A DNA stretch of 60,217 nucleotides from Octopus bimaculoides (taxonomy: Eukaryota): the NCBI RefSeq assembly GCF_001194135.2, contig NC_068990.1:8518742-8578958 (forward strand). Direction: 5' to 3'. The notes beneath the pieces are model-generated. The model was not told the DNA's origin and searched no databases. It saw only the letters and a program-made list of their open reading frames with translations. Below are positions 23,941 through 37,900 of this stretch, one piece after another (the stretch's first letter is position 1; the number at the start of each line of letters is the position of its first letter). The position numbers were made by a program, and so were the translations under genes.

Positions 23941-26241
23941 AAATTTTAATTAGATTATTAACATAATTAGATTTAATTAGATTATCAACATATCCCTGAA
24001 TCCTTCTGTAACCAGATGGGTGTACATATATCTACATCACTATTTCTGTAGGGATATATATCAGCATCTGCATATACCTGTGTTTTTCTATGATTGTTGT
24101 ATTATCTTTCATTTTTAATTTATCTTGTGTATAATTGATTATCGTATTAATGATATATTTAATGTATATATGCATATGTGCGTGTGTGCGTGTGTGTATG
24201 CATGTGTGTATGTGCGTATGCAGATGGTAGTGCGTGTGCTTGCGCTTACGAAACTAAAGGAATGGAAAGTGATCACTTGTTCCTTAACCATTCAAAATTT
24301 TAATTTACTAGCATTATTTATCACCTTATTTCTTCAGTAGATACACATCGTTGTAGTGGATAGACATAATTGCTCAAAAGCCCCTTGTATATCAGTTAGA
24401 GGCAGAAAACACCTATGAATTAACCTTGTGTCTCTGGCTGAAGTTTTGTGGTCAGACGACCTAATGGCCTTAGGAGAGACACTAGTTAATAAGACATAGG
24501 GACTCTGCAGACACAAATTAAGTTAAATTATTTGTTTATTTATCTAGGGTTTGATACTTTTTCCTTCTATTTTTGTTCTTTTTGCACCGCATTGCTTCAC
24601 GTATTTGAATTTTGGGTTTACGATGTGAGGGTATTTGGTGTTGTTTTAACTATTATGTAATAATGGATTGATAATAATAGAATGAACGTGGGATATATAT
24701 TGTGTGAAATAAGGTTTAATTCATCAAATATTTGCACATGCACCTGAAGAATCGGCTCTTACTAGTATTTTTGAAATAATAATGTTACGATCTATTATTT
24801 CATATATCATATAAAAATATTTCGGCAATGATCGTCTGTTAAAATGACGATGAAACAATTGTAGTGTTATGCAATAAAACGTTTTGCTCAATATTTTATA
24901 GATAGTTATGTATATATTCTATGGATATTCACGGATTCCTAAAATATCTTCAATGATAAGATGGTTTTTTTGCTGTGTGTGTGTTGGATTGCAAATATAT
25001 ACACAAGAAAATATGTATGTTCAAATATCAATAATACAACTTTTCATAGCTCAACTCAACATACAATTAAAATGTATTTCAACTGTATCGAGCACGTTGA
25101 ATTATACATTAAATGTTGCCAAGTCAGAAATCTTCATTAGTAAAGTTCCCTCAATATTGTTTATTCACCCGAAGCACTACTAAAATATTTGGCGCAAAAT
25201 ATTAAAAACTATTTCCTTAATATTCAGTCAAACGGATCTAATATTCTAACACATTACAACTAATCATTTCACCTTGATGACAACATGTAGGAAAACTGAA
25301 ATTTCATCCTCTCCCTTCTCAACACTTACCTAAGGACGGTTAAAATGCCGCGTCCTCTCTTTAAATTGACCAGACAAAAGCCAATACGAATAACTCCGTA
25401 TAATATCGGATAAATGACTTTCGAGGCTAGCGTTTAATATCGAACAGATATAAATATATAGAAGCAAAACTGTGTGCATACATACGCGCGTACACACACT
25501 CATTATACATACACTAACATTCACACATATACTTACACAAACACACACACTTACACACCACCCTCACACACTTACTCAAACGTCACACACTAACACGCTT
25601 TATGTCAGGAAACATTAACTACATTGCTAGGTTTGCTTAGTTTTCATTTATGATCTGTAGACAGCAATTACATAAATTTGTGTCGAGATTAATCTAACAT
25701 TGAACGTGGAACGTATATGGTGATATATTTAGAATACATGTGGATATAGACAGAAATAATACACATCAAAGAGAATCGAACATATCCAGGTACGCAGATT
25801 CATTATGTATCATTTCTCACCATACATATATACATAATATAGATATAGTTTCAGTATGTAAACACCAACTTTTCATTCGGTGTACGATTAATACACAAAA
25901 CAGTAATCGTAATTTTCAAAATATATCATTCAGAAACTACATACGTTCGCTCTTTCCGATATCAAGATTGGTGAATTCATTCACGCGAACTGAATAAATT
26001 CACAAATATTGGAATCGGAAATACATTCGATCAATAGAAACATTTCGCAATTGGTTAAATAAACAAAAGAACTCTCATAACAACGTAAAAACAAAAAAAA
26101 AAAGTATGTGCATGTATGCTATTACTGTGCTGTGCATGTATATGTCTACGAAAGGGAAGTAAATCATGAGCGACTAGTTTGCAGAGCACAAAAAATGATT
26201 TTGACATCTACTAGTATATAATTAATATTTTAAAATAAGTA

Positions 26242-26317
<76 letters not shown>

Positions 26318-27282
26318 CATTATACTTGCCTACATACGTACATCCATTCATACGCATATGCATAGCTGCATATATACACACGTTCATATGCATGCATATA
26401 TGCATACGTATACCTTAGAAGAATTGGAAATAAAAAAAGTTATACAAATGAAACACTGTACAAAATACAAACATGCACAGGCTAATAATGTATTGCAGAA
26501 TTGTATTAACGGTCGATCACATTAGAAGTGACAGTTATACCGTCAATCGGTTCATTGCCTGATGAACTTGAGGTGGCTTAATATCATTATATGCTTAACC
26601 GATTGGCTGTGAAACAGGCCGGTGTAATGTGAATGGCAGATAATCCAGCTTCTGAATAAAACTAAGCACACGAATACACACACACTTTGTATATATATAT
26701 ATGTATATATATATANNNNNNNNNNNNNNNNNNNNNNNNNNNNNNNNNNNNNNNNNNNNNNNNNNNNNNNNNNNNNNNNNNNNNNNNNNNNNNNNNNNNN
26801 NNNNNNNNNNNNNNNNNNNNNNNNNNNNNNNNNNNNNNNNNNNNNNNNNNNNNNNNNNNNNNNNNNNNNNNNNNNNNNNNNNNNNNNNNNNNNNNNNNNN
26901 NNNNNNNNNNNNNNNNNNNNNNNNNNNNNNNNNNNNNNNNNNNNNNNNNNNNNNNNNNNNNNNNNNNNNNNNNNNNNNNNNNNNNNNNNNNNNNNNNNNN
27001 NNNNNNNNNNNNNNNNNNNNNNNNNNNNNNNNNNNNNNNNNNNNNNNNNNNNNNNNNNNNNNNNNNNNNNNNNNNNNNNNNNNNNNNNNNNNNNNNNNNN
27101 NNNNNNNNNNNNNNNNNNNNNNNNNNNNNNNNNNNNNNNNNNNNNNNNNNNNNNNNNNNNNNNNNNNNNNNNNNNNNNNNNNNNNNNNNNNNNNNNNNNN
27201 NNNNNNNNNNNNNNNNNNNNNNNNNNNNNNNNNNNNNNNNNNNNNNNNNNNNNNNNNNNNNNNNNNNNNNNNNNNNNNNNNN

Positions 27283-27325
<43 letters not shown>

Positions 27326-27618
27326 TATTAATATACCTATAATCAATATACATGTGTGTGAACTGAAATATTAGAAGTCGCTTATAAGCATTGAATTATA
27401 ACATAACACACATTGCCCCAAAAGACATTAAGTATTTTTTCATTCATTTGAAAATACATCAGCCGCACTCTTACTGAGCCTTGAAAAAAAAGTAGGGAAG
27501 GAACGATTCAATAGTTGCGCAGTGGATTTTGCCAATAACGTCAGGAGAGTATAATGGGTTGCATCTACAAAATAAATAAATAAATAAATATACAATATGT
27601 ATGTATATATGTTATATA

Positions 27619-28240
27619 CAGGACGCGTAAGATTTTTTAGGACAATTTTCTTTTTTCAGAAAAGTATACAAATTATAAGTGAAAACAAATTTATTAATGA
27701 AAGTATTTGTACATATAAACTAGATTCTAGTTTTTATATAGTCTTATTCAATGTTACCACTTCTGGATTAATAACTGCTTCTATGCGAGATCTGAATCTT
27801 CATGCCCGAATTAAATGCTCCAGCTTCACATCGGATATTGCTTTGATTATGGTGGCTTTCATAGTATCCTTAGTGTTATGGAAATGTTGATTGGCCTCTC
27901 TCAACGATGCTCCACATATAGTGCCCAATGGATCGAGATCTGATAAGTTTGGAAACCGAAAGGTAGGTTTTATGTGTTCGTGAAAATTGTCAGCCATCCA
28001 TTTTTGAGTTGTTTTAAACTTATGTGATGAAGCAGAGTCCTGTTGAAACGCGTATAGCTTTCCTTTCTGTGCTCTATCTATACAAAGGTTGTCTACTGTT
28101 TCCAGGATATCAATGTAGACAGTAAAGCTAACTCTAAGATCTTGTGGAAAGATGTAAGGAGGCATCATATAGCCTTCATCACTGTCAGCTTCTAACGCAA
28201 TGACAGTTTGATAAAATTTTGTGTGTGTGACTGTGGAACC
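27619..28240 (-). mobile_element. Tc1/mariner superfamily, maT-like (DD37D) transposase 3' remnant
   Basis: EVPTVTHTKF..MMPPYIFPQDLRV..YAFQQDSASSHKFKTTQKWMADNF..PNLSDLDPL; spacing from the QQD aspartate fits DD37D. Ends at ta|caggacgcg (27617-27619), TIR-like. Confidence 0.85.
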
Positions 28241-28249
28241 TCACATATG

Positions 28250-28410
28250 TATATAATTGGTGTCTGAGCGTATAGTGAACTCAAAAATCACTCCTTCGAA
28301 AACATCTAGAGTTTCACTCAAAAAGGTTGAGCACATCCGAACTACTTTTCTTTAATGAACACAAAAGAGCAAGTTCTGGAAATGCAATCATAATTTTTAC
28401 TGACGAAAAT
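28250..28410 (+). mobile_element. maT/Tc1-like transposase fragment containing the first catalytic Asp region, opposite orientation to 27619-28240
   Basis: KRASSGNAIIIFTDENQK resembles the IIFSDEK motif. Confidence 0.5.
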
Positions 28411-28852
28411 CAAAAACAAAATTTCAATTTTCAATTAGAACCTTGACCAATTCAAATACAAAAATTCTTTTTTCCTTTCTCTTCTTTTTCCTCTCCAACC
28501 TAAAAGGCCACTAAGTATCAAACAAACAAGTCTGACTAAACAAAAGCCACGCCTCTTTATCTCGCCCTCCTTCTCAAAAATATGTTTGTTCTTCTTCCCC
28601 TTGCTTGGCAAACCTCAGACAACACCTTATAAAAAGGTCACGAAATCTAAATCCGAACCATTTTTTGGTAAATCCGATAACGGAAGAAAGTGTTTAAATG
28701 TAATTAAGATGTAGATAAATAAAAAATATATATAATCATCCAACATTCTGACTACCTTATCATTCTAAATATACAATATCTGTGCTTCACTTCAACAACA
28801 CTCTCTCACTCTCTCTCTCTCCCTATATATATATAAATATATATATATATAC

Positions 28853-28892
<40 letters not shown>

Positions 28893-29049
28893 GTGTGTGT
28901 ATAAGCCTCTATGTGCGTCTGCGCCTATATGTATATGCATAGTTACATTTTATATGTTCCATGAATGACTTGCTACAATGGATACACAAATGGTTTTATA
29001 TATATGGGATACAGAATAATATACTTACTGACTCGTGATTATGCTTGTG

Positions 29050-29800
29050 TTTGTACGCTAGACAATGTCTCTGTGGATGTAAGGATATGTGGAATAGGAT
29101 TCCTGTATGTTTAATGGGGCGTACCTGTACATCAGGCGAGCGTGTGACGTGTTAGAGTGAGGAAAATGTGTGTATGGTAGCTGGGTTGGTTTTTTGGTGG
29201 CTTCTTCGGTGTAAGCTTGCATATTATGGTAAATAGTACATCTCTATGTGTCAACGAGTGAGTTGCAATGGTATCAGATAGGCTATGTTGTGTTTACGTA
29301 AGCAGATATCCTGTAGACTTTCAGTTATGCGATTCGCTAACGTTCGTTACGATTTGTTAACATCTTCAAAGTATAGGAGACTGTTGAAGTGACATTTAAG
29401 ACAGTAAATAATATCAACAGTAGTACAGGTGAATTAGCTAGGAATAAGAGAGGGGTGATAGTTCAGTTCAAGTAGGACGTCAATGTCCTTTGGAACGTGT
29501 AAAGAAGTGCTTGACCATGGAATATGTAAGCAGTAACAGATTAAGCGAAGCCGTTAGTGATTGCTTAGGATGAACTGTTGGAAAGATAAGAGGTTTGGGT
29601 GGAAGTCGAGGGAATGCGCTAACGGATAATGTCACGAGACGGCGTTGCTTGGAGGTGGGAGGAATGTGAGTGCGGAGGTAGACGTTGTTGACAATAGATA
29701 GCTACGACGGACAAAATGGAAGGCACCGGGTGAAATTGTGTGTGTCGATATATGGAGACCGACAGAATATTTTGCGAGTACACGCTCACACCCTCACATA
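29050..29800 (-). mobile_element. Decayed Penelope-like GIY-YIG region with degenerate hammerhead at the 3' side
   Basis: FTCTTVDIIYCLKC..RTLANRITESLQDICL; downstream gcctgatgtacaggtacgcccc (29107-29137) resembles a cctgatgaaggg..cccgaaac hammerhead. Confidence 0.7.
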
Positions 29801-30289
29801 CGTCCCTCCCCTTTCATATCCACATTGCGTTCACGCACATATTAAGCATCAAATTTTGACAGAGTTTTTGATGGATATTTGCTAAGCACTTTTCGGTATG
29901 ATATTTTTATGATTTTCTGTATGTAAAACATAGAAAAATGTAAATAGAACAGTCATTGACATCATCAGCATAAGACAGCAATGTAATATGCTATAGATCG
30001 GTTGGATTTTACCGCATGGAATTCTTGCAAGGCTTCTCTTGATAAATGCAGAATATAATGCTAGAAAGTAAAACAAAAGCTGCAAATGAAAGTTTATAGG
30101 CATTTGGTTCAATAATATCTAAATGTATGTTTGCACACACAGAAATACTAGCACACACAGATAAACCAATGCATACAGCCGTATATTACATGTATACGCT
30201 TCTCACACAAATCTATCTATTTAGTTATCAGCTTATGTCTTATATGGGATGTTCGTGCTAAATTTGATGACTTTTATGTCTTCTATTTT

Positions 30290-30860
30290 ACAGAAACTGC
30301 TTGATGTATCGGTGAACAACCAACGGCGTTGGAAAGCATAACGATTACAATTGTAGGCGAGAAAAAGTTTGCTGATACGGAGGACTGGACATCATCTGAA
30401 TATCGGAAAGGAGTTACCTGTTTCATGTTGAGTTGTATCGGATACCAAAATACCGATATTATGCCTGATGTTCAAAGCTCTGGGAACGCTGTAAACGCTG
30501 CAAGAAGTGAGATGGACATCGGGAAACCAAGTTCCTTCAAACTGTGATTGTCTTTAGGTGTGTTTCCGGTGAAGTCGACGTCATTCTGTCCCACATCTTA
30601 GGACAGGAGCTCAGGATCAGTTTAGACAGCTATATGAAGCTGCTGGAGTCGGTGCTCAAACCCTGCTGCTCGAAAGCCATATGTGCGGCAGCAGAATTGG
30701 GTTCCTTACCATACCTCCTGAGAGAGCAGAAATTGTTTACGAATAATTTTTACAACTTCAACAGCTTCAATTTCTGGCCTCGCAATACCCTCAGTTGTAA
30801 TCCCATGGTTTGCAATTCGGGAAATTGGGAGGCAAGAAATTGTACTTGTTCTCCGCAGGT
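30290..30860 (+). mobile_element. maT-like (DD37D) transposase remnant
   Basis: IVFRCVSGEVDVILSHILGQELRISLDSYMKLLESVLKP..FTNNFYNFNSFNFWPRNTLSCNPM, homologous to the 27619-28240 copy. Confidence 0.8.
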
Positions 30861-30974
30861 TTGTGTTTTATGTTGTACCTTTAAAATATTACTTCATCTT
30901 CATATTATAAGTACATAACCGGTTATATTACACTAATACATACAGACAGACATATATATGCGTATGCGTGTGTG

Positions 30975-31175
30975 TATCTTTGTGTCTGTTTGTCCTCAAC
31001 CACAGCTTCACACCTGGCGTTGGTCTGTTTAATTCCGGATAAACTAGCCGTTCGGCAATACAGACCGATGAATAAGTTCTAGGCTTAAAAATTTACTGGG
31101 TGGCTACTTTCAACTAAAACTCCTTCAAGAGGCGGTGCTCCGGCATGACCGAATACCAATGACTGAAAAAGTAAA
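30975..31175 (+). mobile_element. 3' half of the SINE family seen at 43251-43670
   Basis: gtttgtcctc..accgatgaataagttctaggctt..ggcggtgctccggcatgacc..aatgactgaaa. Confidence 0.75.
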
Positions 31176-31199
31176 AGCTGAAATATATATGAAGATATA

Positions 31200-31789
31200 T
31201 ATATATAGGTAGAAGTTGAGTAGGAGTGAAGAGTAGATAGAAGGAGAATAGGAGTGAAGGGAAGTAGGAGTCGGAGCAAGAGAGGCGAAGTGAGTGGGAG
31301 GAAGTAGGTGTGAGAGGGAGAGAGGGGAGAGGAGGATGTTAGATGAAGAGAGGAGGAGAGTTGAGCCCATGTGGCGCAAAGGAGTGAAGAGAGAAGATTA
31401 ATCCCTGTTCACGGCGCAAACGGGAGTCCGGATGGCCCCTGTGCAAGGACAATTTGAACACGCACATGTGTTGTAAAGAGTGACCATTAGAGTGGAAATG
31501 GTACGATACCGGGGTGTTATTGCCGAGTCAGATGTCTCGGAGGTGTTCCGCGAACCGGTCAGCCATCGGCGTCCCGTTTGCCCAATGTATACAAAAGGGC
31601 AGGGAGAGCAGGAGATGCAGTAGTTGATATTAATAGAAGTGCAGGTGAAGGAGTCGGTAATATATAGGGTCGATGATTGGTACCGGTGAGGAGGGTGGTG
31701 TTGGAGAGGTAAGGGCAAGTGCGTCAGCGTGGGTGGGAGCAGGAAAACGATCCGAGTTGGGAGTTTGGGTTATGGAAGAAGTTGTGCAC
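31200..31789 (-). mobile_element. Well-preserved Penelope-like GIY-YIG C-terminus with pyrimidine-rich 3' region; truncated by an N gap
   Basis: GSFSCSHPR*RTCPYLSNTT..ITDSFTCTSININYCISCSPCPFVYIGQTGRR..RLRREQGLIFSLHSFAPHGLNSPPLFI*. Confidence 0.9.
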
Positions 31790-32104
31790 NNNNNNNNNNN
31801 NNNNNNNNNNNNNNNNNNNNNNNNNNNNNNNNNNNNNNNNNNNNNNNNNNNNNNNNNNNNNNNNNNNNNNNNNNNNNNNNNNNNNNNNNNNNNNNNNNNN
31901 NNNNNNNNNNNNNNNNNNNNNNNNNNNNNNNNNNNNNNNNNNNNNNNNNNNNNNNNNNNNNNNNNNNNNNNNNNNNNNNNNNNNNNNNNNNNNNNNNNNN
32001 NNNNNNNNNNNNNNNNNNNNNNNNNNNNNNNNNNNNNNNNNNNNNNNNNNNNNNNNNNNNNNNNNNNNNNNNNNNNNNNNNNNNNNNNNNNNNAAGGCAT
32101 ATAG

Positions 32105-32144
<40 letters not shown>

Positions 32145-32149
<5 letters not shown>

Positions 32150-32220
32150 CAAAAGTACCGAAAACCAAAGACAAAAACAGGTGAGGGAACAACATGCAAG
32201 CATATTAGTTTGCCCTCCTG
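32145..32220 (-). mobile_element. Terminus of the pLTR-like repeat abutting (TA)n
   Basis: (ta)n-gttcaaa..caggtg..ggaacaac..tattagtttg matches 7710-7780 and the reverse complement of 14597-14628. Confidence 0.55.
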
Positions 32221-33863
32221 AGATTTCTCTGCTTTGGCACCAAATCTTTCGTTCATTCCGTTTGGGCATTGTTAGTTCTATGAAGGAATGGGAAGAATGT
32301 AGTATAATTTTTGCATAATTGCTTTACAGTTTAATTTTTTATAGTGAACTGTGCTTGTCTCTCGTTTTTTATTTAAAAACTTTACAATATTTTTATCGAA
32401 GTGTCTATACGTTCGTACACCCTCGTATTTGCTATTTATATAAACGTCATTTAGTATTTGGAACTATGTAAACATATATGAATGTGTCTGCTGAGAAAAT
32501 ATAAAGTACAATTCATTTAAGTGTTTGTGATATTTTCATAAGTGACAATGGAAACTGTCCTGTCTGTCGAATCTCTGGTTCATACATTGAAAAGAATCTT
32601 ATTATAAACCGTTCCCTTCCTTCGTTGCGTGGAATGCTGCATTTTTTGAAAATTTTCATGGATTATCGCTATTGTTGAAAATCGAATTCCAGACTGAATC
32701 CCCACCCCTTTCTTTTCAGTTAAAAAAAGTGTTTAAAAATAGAGTCGGGATATTGATTTTATCAACATTCCTAAGATATTCAAGACAAAATATTTTTACG
32801 TCTTTAATGTGAAACGAACATTAAAAAAATTCCTGAAATTTTTTTTAATGAATTATTTCGAGAATCTCGAATAAAATATTAAAAAACTAAACTCAAATTG
32901 ATATTTTAAATATTTCTTTCAAATTAGCATAATGAAGGAAACGGATTTGATATTTTTATTTTCATTCTTCCTATATTTGTTATATTTTATGAGAATAATT
33001 TTCAAGTTAATATTTATAAGACATCTTACGTTTCAGAAGATATTTTTCCTAACGATTTGTTTTTTTATGAATTTTGACAGAGATTGTCACTTTGGGGAAT
33101 CATGTGCTGTATATTATTTCTCTATTTTCAAGGCAACACCTATTATTAACGGATATCCTTTTGGAGATATCACCTAGAATTTCATTTGCACAGAACCAAT
33201 TAGGCAAAGTTGCAACATATTTTATTTAAACGATGTTAAAGATAAATTACTTTTTCAAATATTGGAGTCAGTGTAATATTATTAATATTAGAAAATCTAA
33301 TTAAATGACTCGCACCATTCAATCAAGTCTCTAAACGATATAAATCCTTACTGCAGTTGGACGAGATATATTAGGTTGGAAATAAGACCATGTTGCCATT
33401 TGGATATAGTCACTTTCCGCGTATTTTTTCAATAGTTACGGTAAATGAGCATATTATTTTATATCCCATACTTTTTTCATTCTTTGCAAATAACTTTAGA
33501 TTTGTAACGATTTTAACCTTTTAGAAAAAAAAAAAACCTAAAAAGCCAAAAGCTTTTCATGCTGTGTGAATTCAAGAGGGACACTTCAACAATGGAAGTA
33601 GCAAGAAATACTTATTCAGTCTTTGTAAATATTAATGAAGCTTTAACTATCCGAATATGACAACGATCTTTAGCCTAGTTTCGCTCAGGAAATTTTTTCT
33701 CTCGCACTTCGAACTCGATTTAGATGACCACATACTGTCAATACTGGGCTTATGGAAAATGCATTACTTATGGAATGACCCGATATCTATATCTATATAC
33801 ATATAAATACATATCTATTTCAATATCTATCTATCTAGCTATCCGTCTGTCTGTTTGTATGTC

Positions 33864-33900
<37 letters not shown>

Positions 33901-34529
33901 NNNNNNNNNNNNNNNNNNNNNNNNNNNNNNNNNNNNNNNNNNNNNNNNNNNNNNNNNNNNNNNNNNNNNNNNNNNNNNNNNNNNNNNNNNNNNNNNNNNN
34001 NNNNNNNNNNNNNNNNNNNNNNNNNNNNNNNNNNNNNNNNNNNNNNNNNNNNNNNNNNNNNNNNNNNNNNNNNNNNNNNNNNNNNNNNNNNNNNNNNNNN
34101 NNNNNNNNNNNNNNNNNNNNNNNNNNNNNNNNNNNNNNNNNNNNNNNNNNNNNNNNNNNNNNNNNNNNNNNNNNNNNNNNNNNNNNNNNNNNNNNNNNNN
34201 NNNNNNNNNNNNNNNNNNNNNNNNNNNNNNNNNNNNNNNNNNNNNNNNNNNNNNNNNNNNNNNNNNNNNNNNNNNNNNNNNNNNNNNNNNNNNNNNNNNN
34301 NNNNNNNNNNNNNNNNNNNNNNNNNNNNNNNNNNNNNNNNNNNNNNNNNNNNNNNNNNNNNNNNNNNNNNNNNNNNNNNNNNNNNNNNNNNNNNNNNNNN
34401 NNNNNNNNNNNNNNNNNNNNNNNNNNNNNNNNNNNNNNNNNNNNNNNNNNNNNNNNNNNNNNNNNNNNNNNNNNNNNNNNNNNNNNNNNNNNNNNNNNNN
34501 TATATATATATATATATATATATATATGT

Positions 34530-34742
34530 TTGTGTGTCTGTTTGTCCTCGTCATCGCTTGACAATTGAAGTTGGTGTGTTTACGTCCCCGTAATTAAGTG
34601 GTTTGGCAAAAGAGACCGATAGAATAAGTACTAGGCTTACAAAGATTAAGTTTTATGGTCGATTTGTTCGACTAAAGGCGGTACTCCAGCATGGCCGCCT
34701 CAAATGGCTGAAACAAATAAAAGAGTAAAAGAATAAAAGAAT
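34530..34742 (+). mobile_element. 3' half of the SINE family seen at 43251-43670
   Basis: ggtgtgtttacgtccccgtaa..gaccgatagaataagtactaggctt..aaggcggtactccagcatggccgc..gaaacaaataaaagagtaaaagaataaaaga. Confidence 0.85.
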
Positions 34743-37740
34743 ATGTAAGAGAATTTTGTTATTTTCAGTTTAGCGGGTTTCATAATACAAGTATTTATCA
34801 TGAACAATTTACAGATAGATATTGATATTGACTATAGGAGATTTATGGTCTAGGCAGAGTCATAGATTGCCTTTTTCTTCACTTCCATACATTGGTTATA
34901 CATCCCATCATTCAGTGCAAAACAGGACGTCATTTCCAATTAAGAGCACGAAACCTATCCCTGCTTGAACTCTACAGACATTGGATATATTCATTATCTA
35001 GAACGTATACATCATATTCATTGCTGCTACTTTGTCATATCTGACTTATCATTTCATAGGACTACTGGAAATTATTTACTTATGAAACGGCTAAATATGG
35101 CGTTCTTATACTGTTATCGTACCGTAGGCTGCATTTTCTTAAGCATTACTTTATGCATTTTATAAATTCGTTATATATTGGTGCAGAAGTAATTCAATGT
35201 TGTTGACACCTCGCACCGCCTAAGACTTCGTGGTACACACTCGTCTAGTTAATAGCGTGTCATTTGTAATTCAAATTCCTGTCGAATCTTGTCGATTTCT
35301 ACAGGAATAAATGCTATTCAAGAAAAATTCTACAGTTATGATAAAAGCCATGTCTGTTCCTCTATCAGATGTTGTGAACTTATTCACTCAGTTCTTTATT
35401 CACTTAAAAGTGTGTGTATGTATGAGCATGTGTAAGGCAAGTTATTTTATCCAATGGCATTACACGGTCTTTTATAGCTTTATAAATAGTGTAGTAACAA
35501 TGTTTCAAGTGCAAAGAAACTTCATAGTAATATCAGTAGAAATAGCTGAGAGAATTCATTGTGGCGATATTCTTCTTCGGGTAAAACGAGTCGGGAAAAC
35601 AGATAATCAGCAGCATTTTTTTCATTCTATGTAAACTGAAAAAGATTTTGGGTTGATAAACAAAATTTGTGATGATAAAGGTGTTGTTGATCAACTAAAA
35701 ATTTTATCATGTTTTATGAATACCAATTTATATGGTTTTCCATATAAAATGACCTACACAAAAGAATATATGCTTAATTGATAAGCACTAACCACTAGAG
35801 AATTTTACCATATGTCCCGTGTACCTGAAACAGATGTTTACTAAGAAATCTAATAAGGTATCGGGAAATTTTTACCTTAATAAACCCCTCATACTTTTCT
35901 GGATTTCATAAGTTATAATAGTAGCAACAAGGTATTTAAAATAAATTGGTAAACTTAAATGACTACATTTATGCTTTCTTGATTATTACTCCACTTGAAT
36001 TTAGATTTTAAAAAAAACCCAAATAACTTAATTGTCGTTCACATAAGCTGCCAAATTTGGAATGATTCATGGAGAGGAACATCAGTGAAAAATGTTTCCG
36101 GCTCAACACTACATGACATTGCAGAAATGGTCATCAACATAAACAGTAAAAGAAAACCATCAAGAAAGTGATGACTCAGAAATGAAACTATTTCTGTTGT
36201 ACAACTTAAGCTATTGTTATTTGCCAGTTGAGAAAAATCTTCTGCTGATGTCAAATAAAATGTGGCATTTTCTGGTACCTAGAGAATCTGACATACATAA
36301 TTTGTAATAATCACGAATACAAAAGTGTATTTTTCATGAATTGGAGATACAAAATATGAGTTACGGAGACAACTTGTATTGTGGATGTGGAATGTAGAGT
36401 TAGAAATTAAATATATTTAAAAACGTGTGGCATAGAGTTATTTCATAGTTATCTTTGTTGGGGTCTTCAGAAGATACTTTTGCCAAAATCTAAGAGTCCT
36501 TTTCGTTTCTGTAGCTGAGAGTCTTTCAGGTTAGTGGTGGGGTTTAAACCATCTTGCTTGCAGTAGTGAATATCTTTCGTCACATGTGTAGGCAGAATGA
36601 TGACATAACTGAAGCATCCGAGGTAAAAATTGAATTCCTATCTTGTGTCACTAGATAAAATAGGTATCAATAGAAGCCGTACAATAGATTGATTTGAGAT
36701 GTGTGACTTGAATTGGATTGCATGTTAAAAAATCTGATTAAGTTGCATAGGACAAATTTGATGCCACAAACAATTTAGGATTAACAGAATATCTAAAACC
36801 ATTTAGTCAACTTTTTGTTACCAAATTAATGAGAAGTATTTATATTTTGAAATAGACTTAAGTAATATCGTTCTCTTCACATAACTATTTCACTTACGCA
36901 TGAAATTATTACTAGTGATGCTGTTGCCATGTATATTTTAATCACAAAGTTAGATAACGATATTGCATTTCCGCTACACGAGGAAAAATCATTAATACAA
37001 ATAAAAAGCAAGAAAATGATAAATTAAATCAAATATATATAAAGAAATAAAAGAATATAAAGAAATATAAGAAATGTGAAGAAAGAAAAGAATATACACA
37101 AAAAATCCATATTCCCTGTAAAATCCATTAAAAACAGAACAATTAAATTTTAATACTGAAGAGCACTAATCAATTTTTTTTTCCAATTCTTATTCAATTA
37201 CCCCTGACAATAAGAACGTTCACACAACGTTCATAATTTCTCATCGATCATTAGATAACGAAGGGTTTTAAAATAAATAAATGATATTTAAAAACATTTT
37301 TTGATGATTCATTGTTGACACACTAGAAAGTTGTGAAAGACGTGAAACACATTTATCATCTCATGGAATAGACAAGGACGGGCAGAAAGTAGAATCTAAG
37401 GAAATAATACCTTATACAAGATTATATAAGGTTATACTCGTTTCGTCTGGTTTCAGTGTTCAAATTTCAGCACTGTCAGGTGGCTACACTTGGAATTCTG
37501 TTGAATTCATGGTGACAATGCGTTAATATTAATATCAGCAGAATCAGGAAAAGACTAGTGAGTTAACATAGACAAAAGATCCCCAAACAAAATGTCTTCC
37601 ACGAATTTCCTTTGACTTCGCACGACGCTCTACCTTCAAATCTCGCTTGTGATTTGCTACAATATAGGCATACTCTATAGCGCGGCACGCGTGTAAGAAA
37701 ATCCAGATCAGCAACCTAATATTCCATGCATGTTTACACT

Positions 37741-37900
37741 ATTATACATTAATTAAAGGCCCGGAAGACCTAAAAGTTTTAAACATATTGCGCATTTATT
37801 CTGCGAAATGATTGTCCATTTTTCAATTTCGTTTTGCATTCTAATTACTGTTAATAGACAGTAATTTGAACAGTTAAATAGCATCCACGTATGGAGACTT
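37741..37900 (+). repeat. Unclassified dispersed repeat, copy 1
   Basis: Clearly alignable with 46131-46288 (roughly 80% identity by eye). Confidence 0.85.

Noticed and set aside
33369-33390. tattaggttggaaataag, a mariner-TIR-like word
   Set aside because: No nearby partner TIR or transposase sequence.
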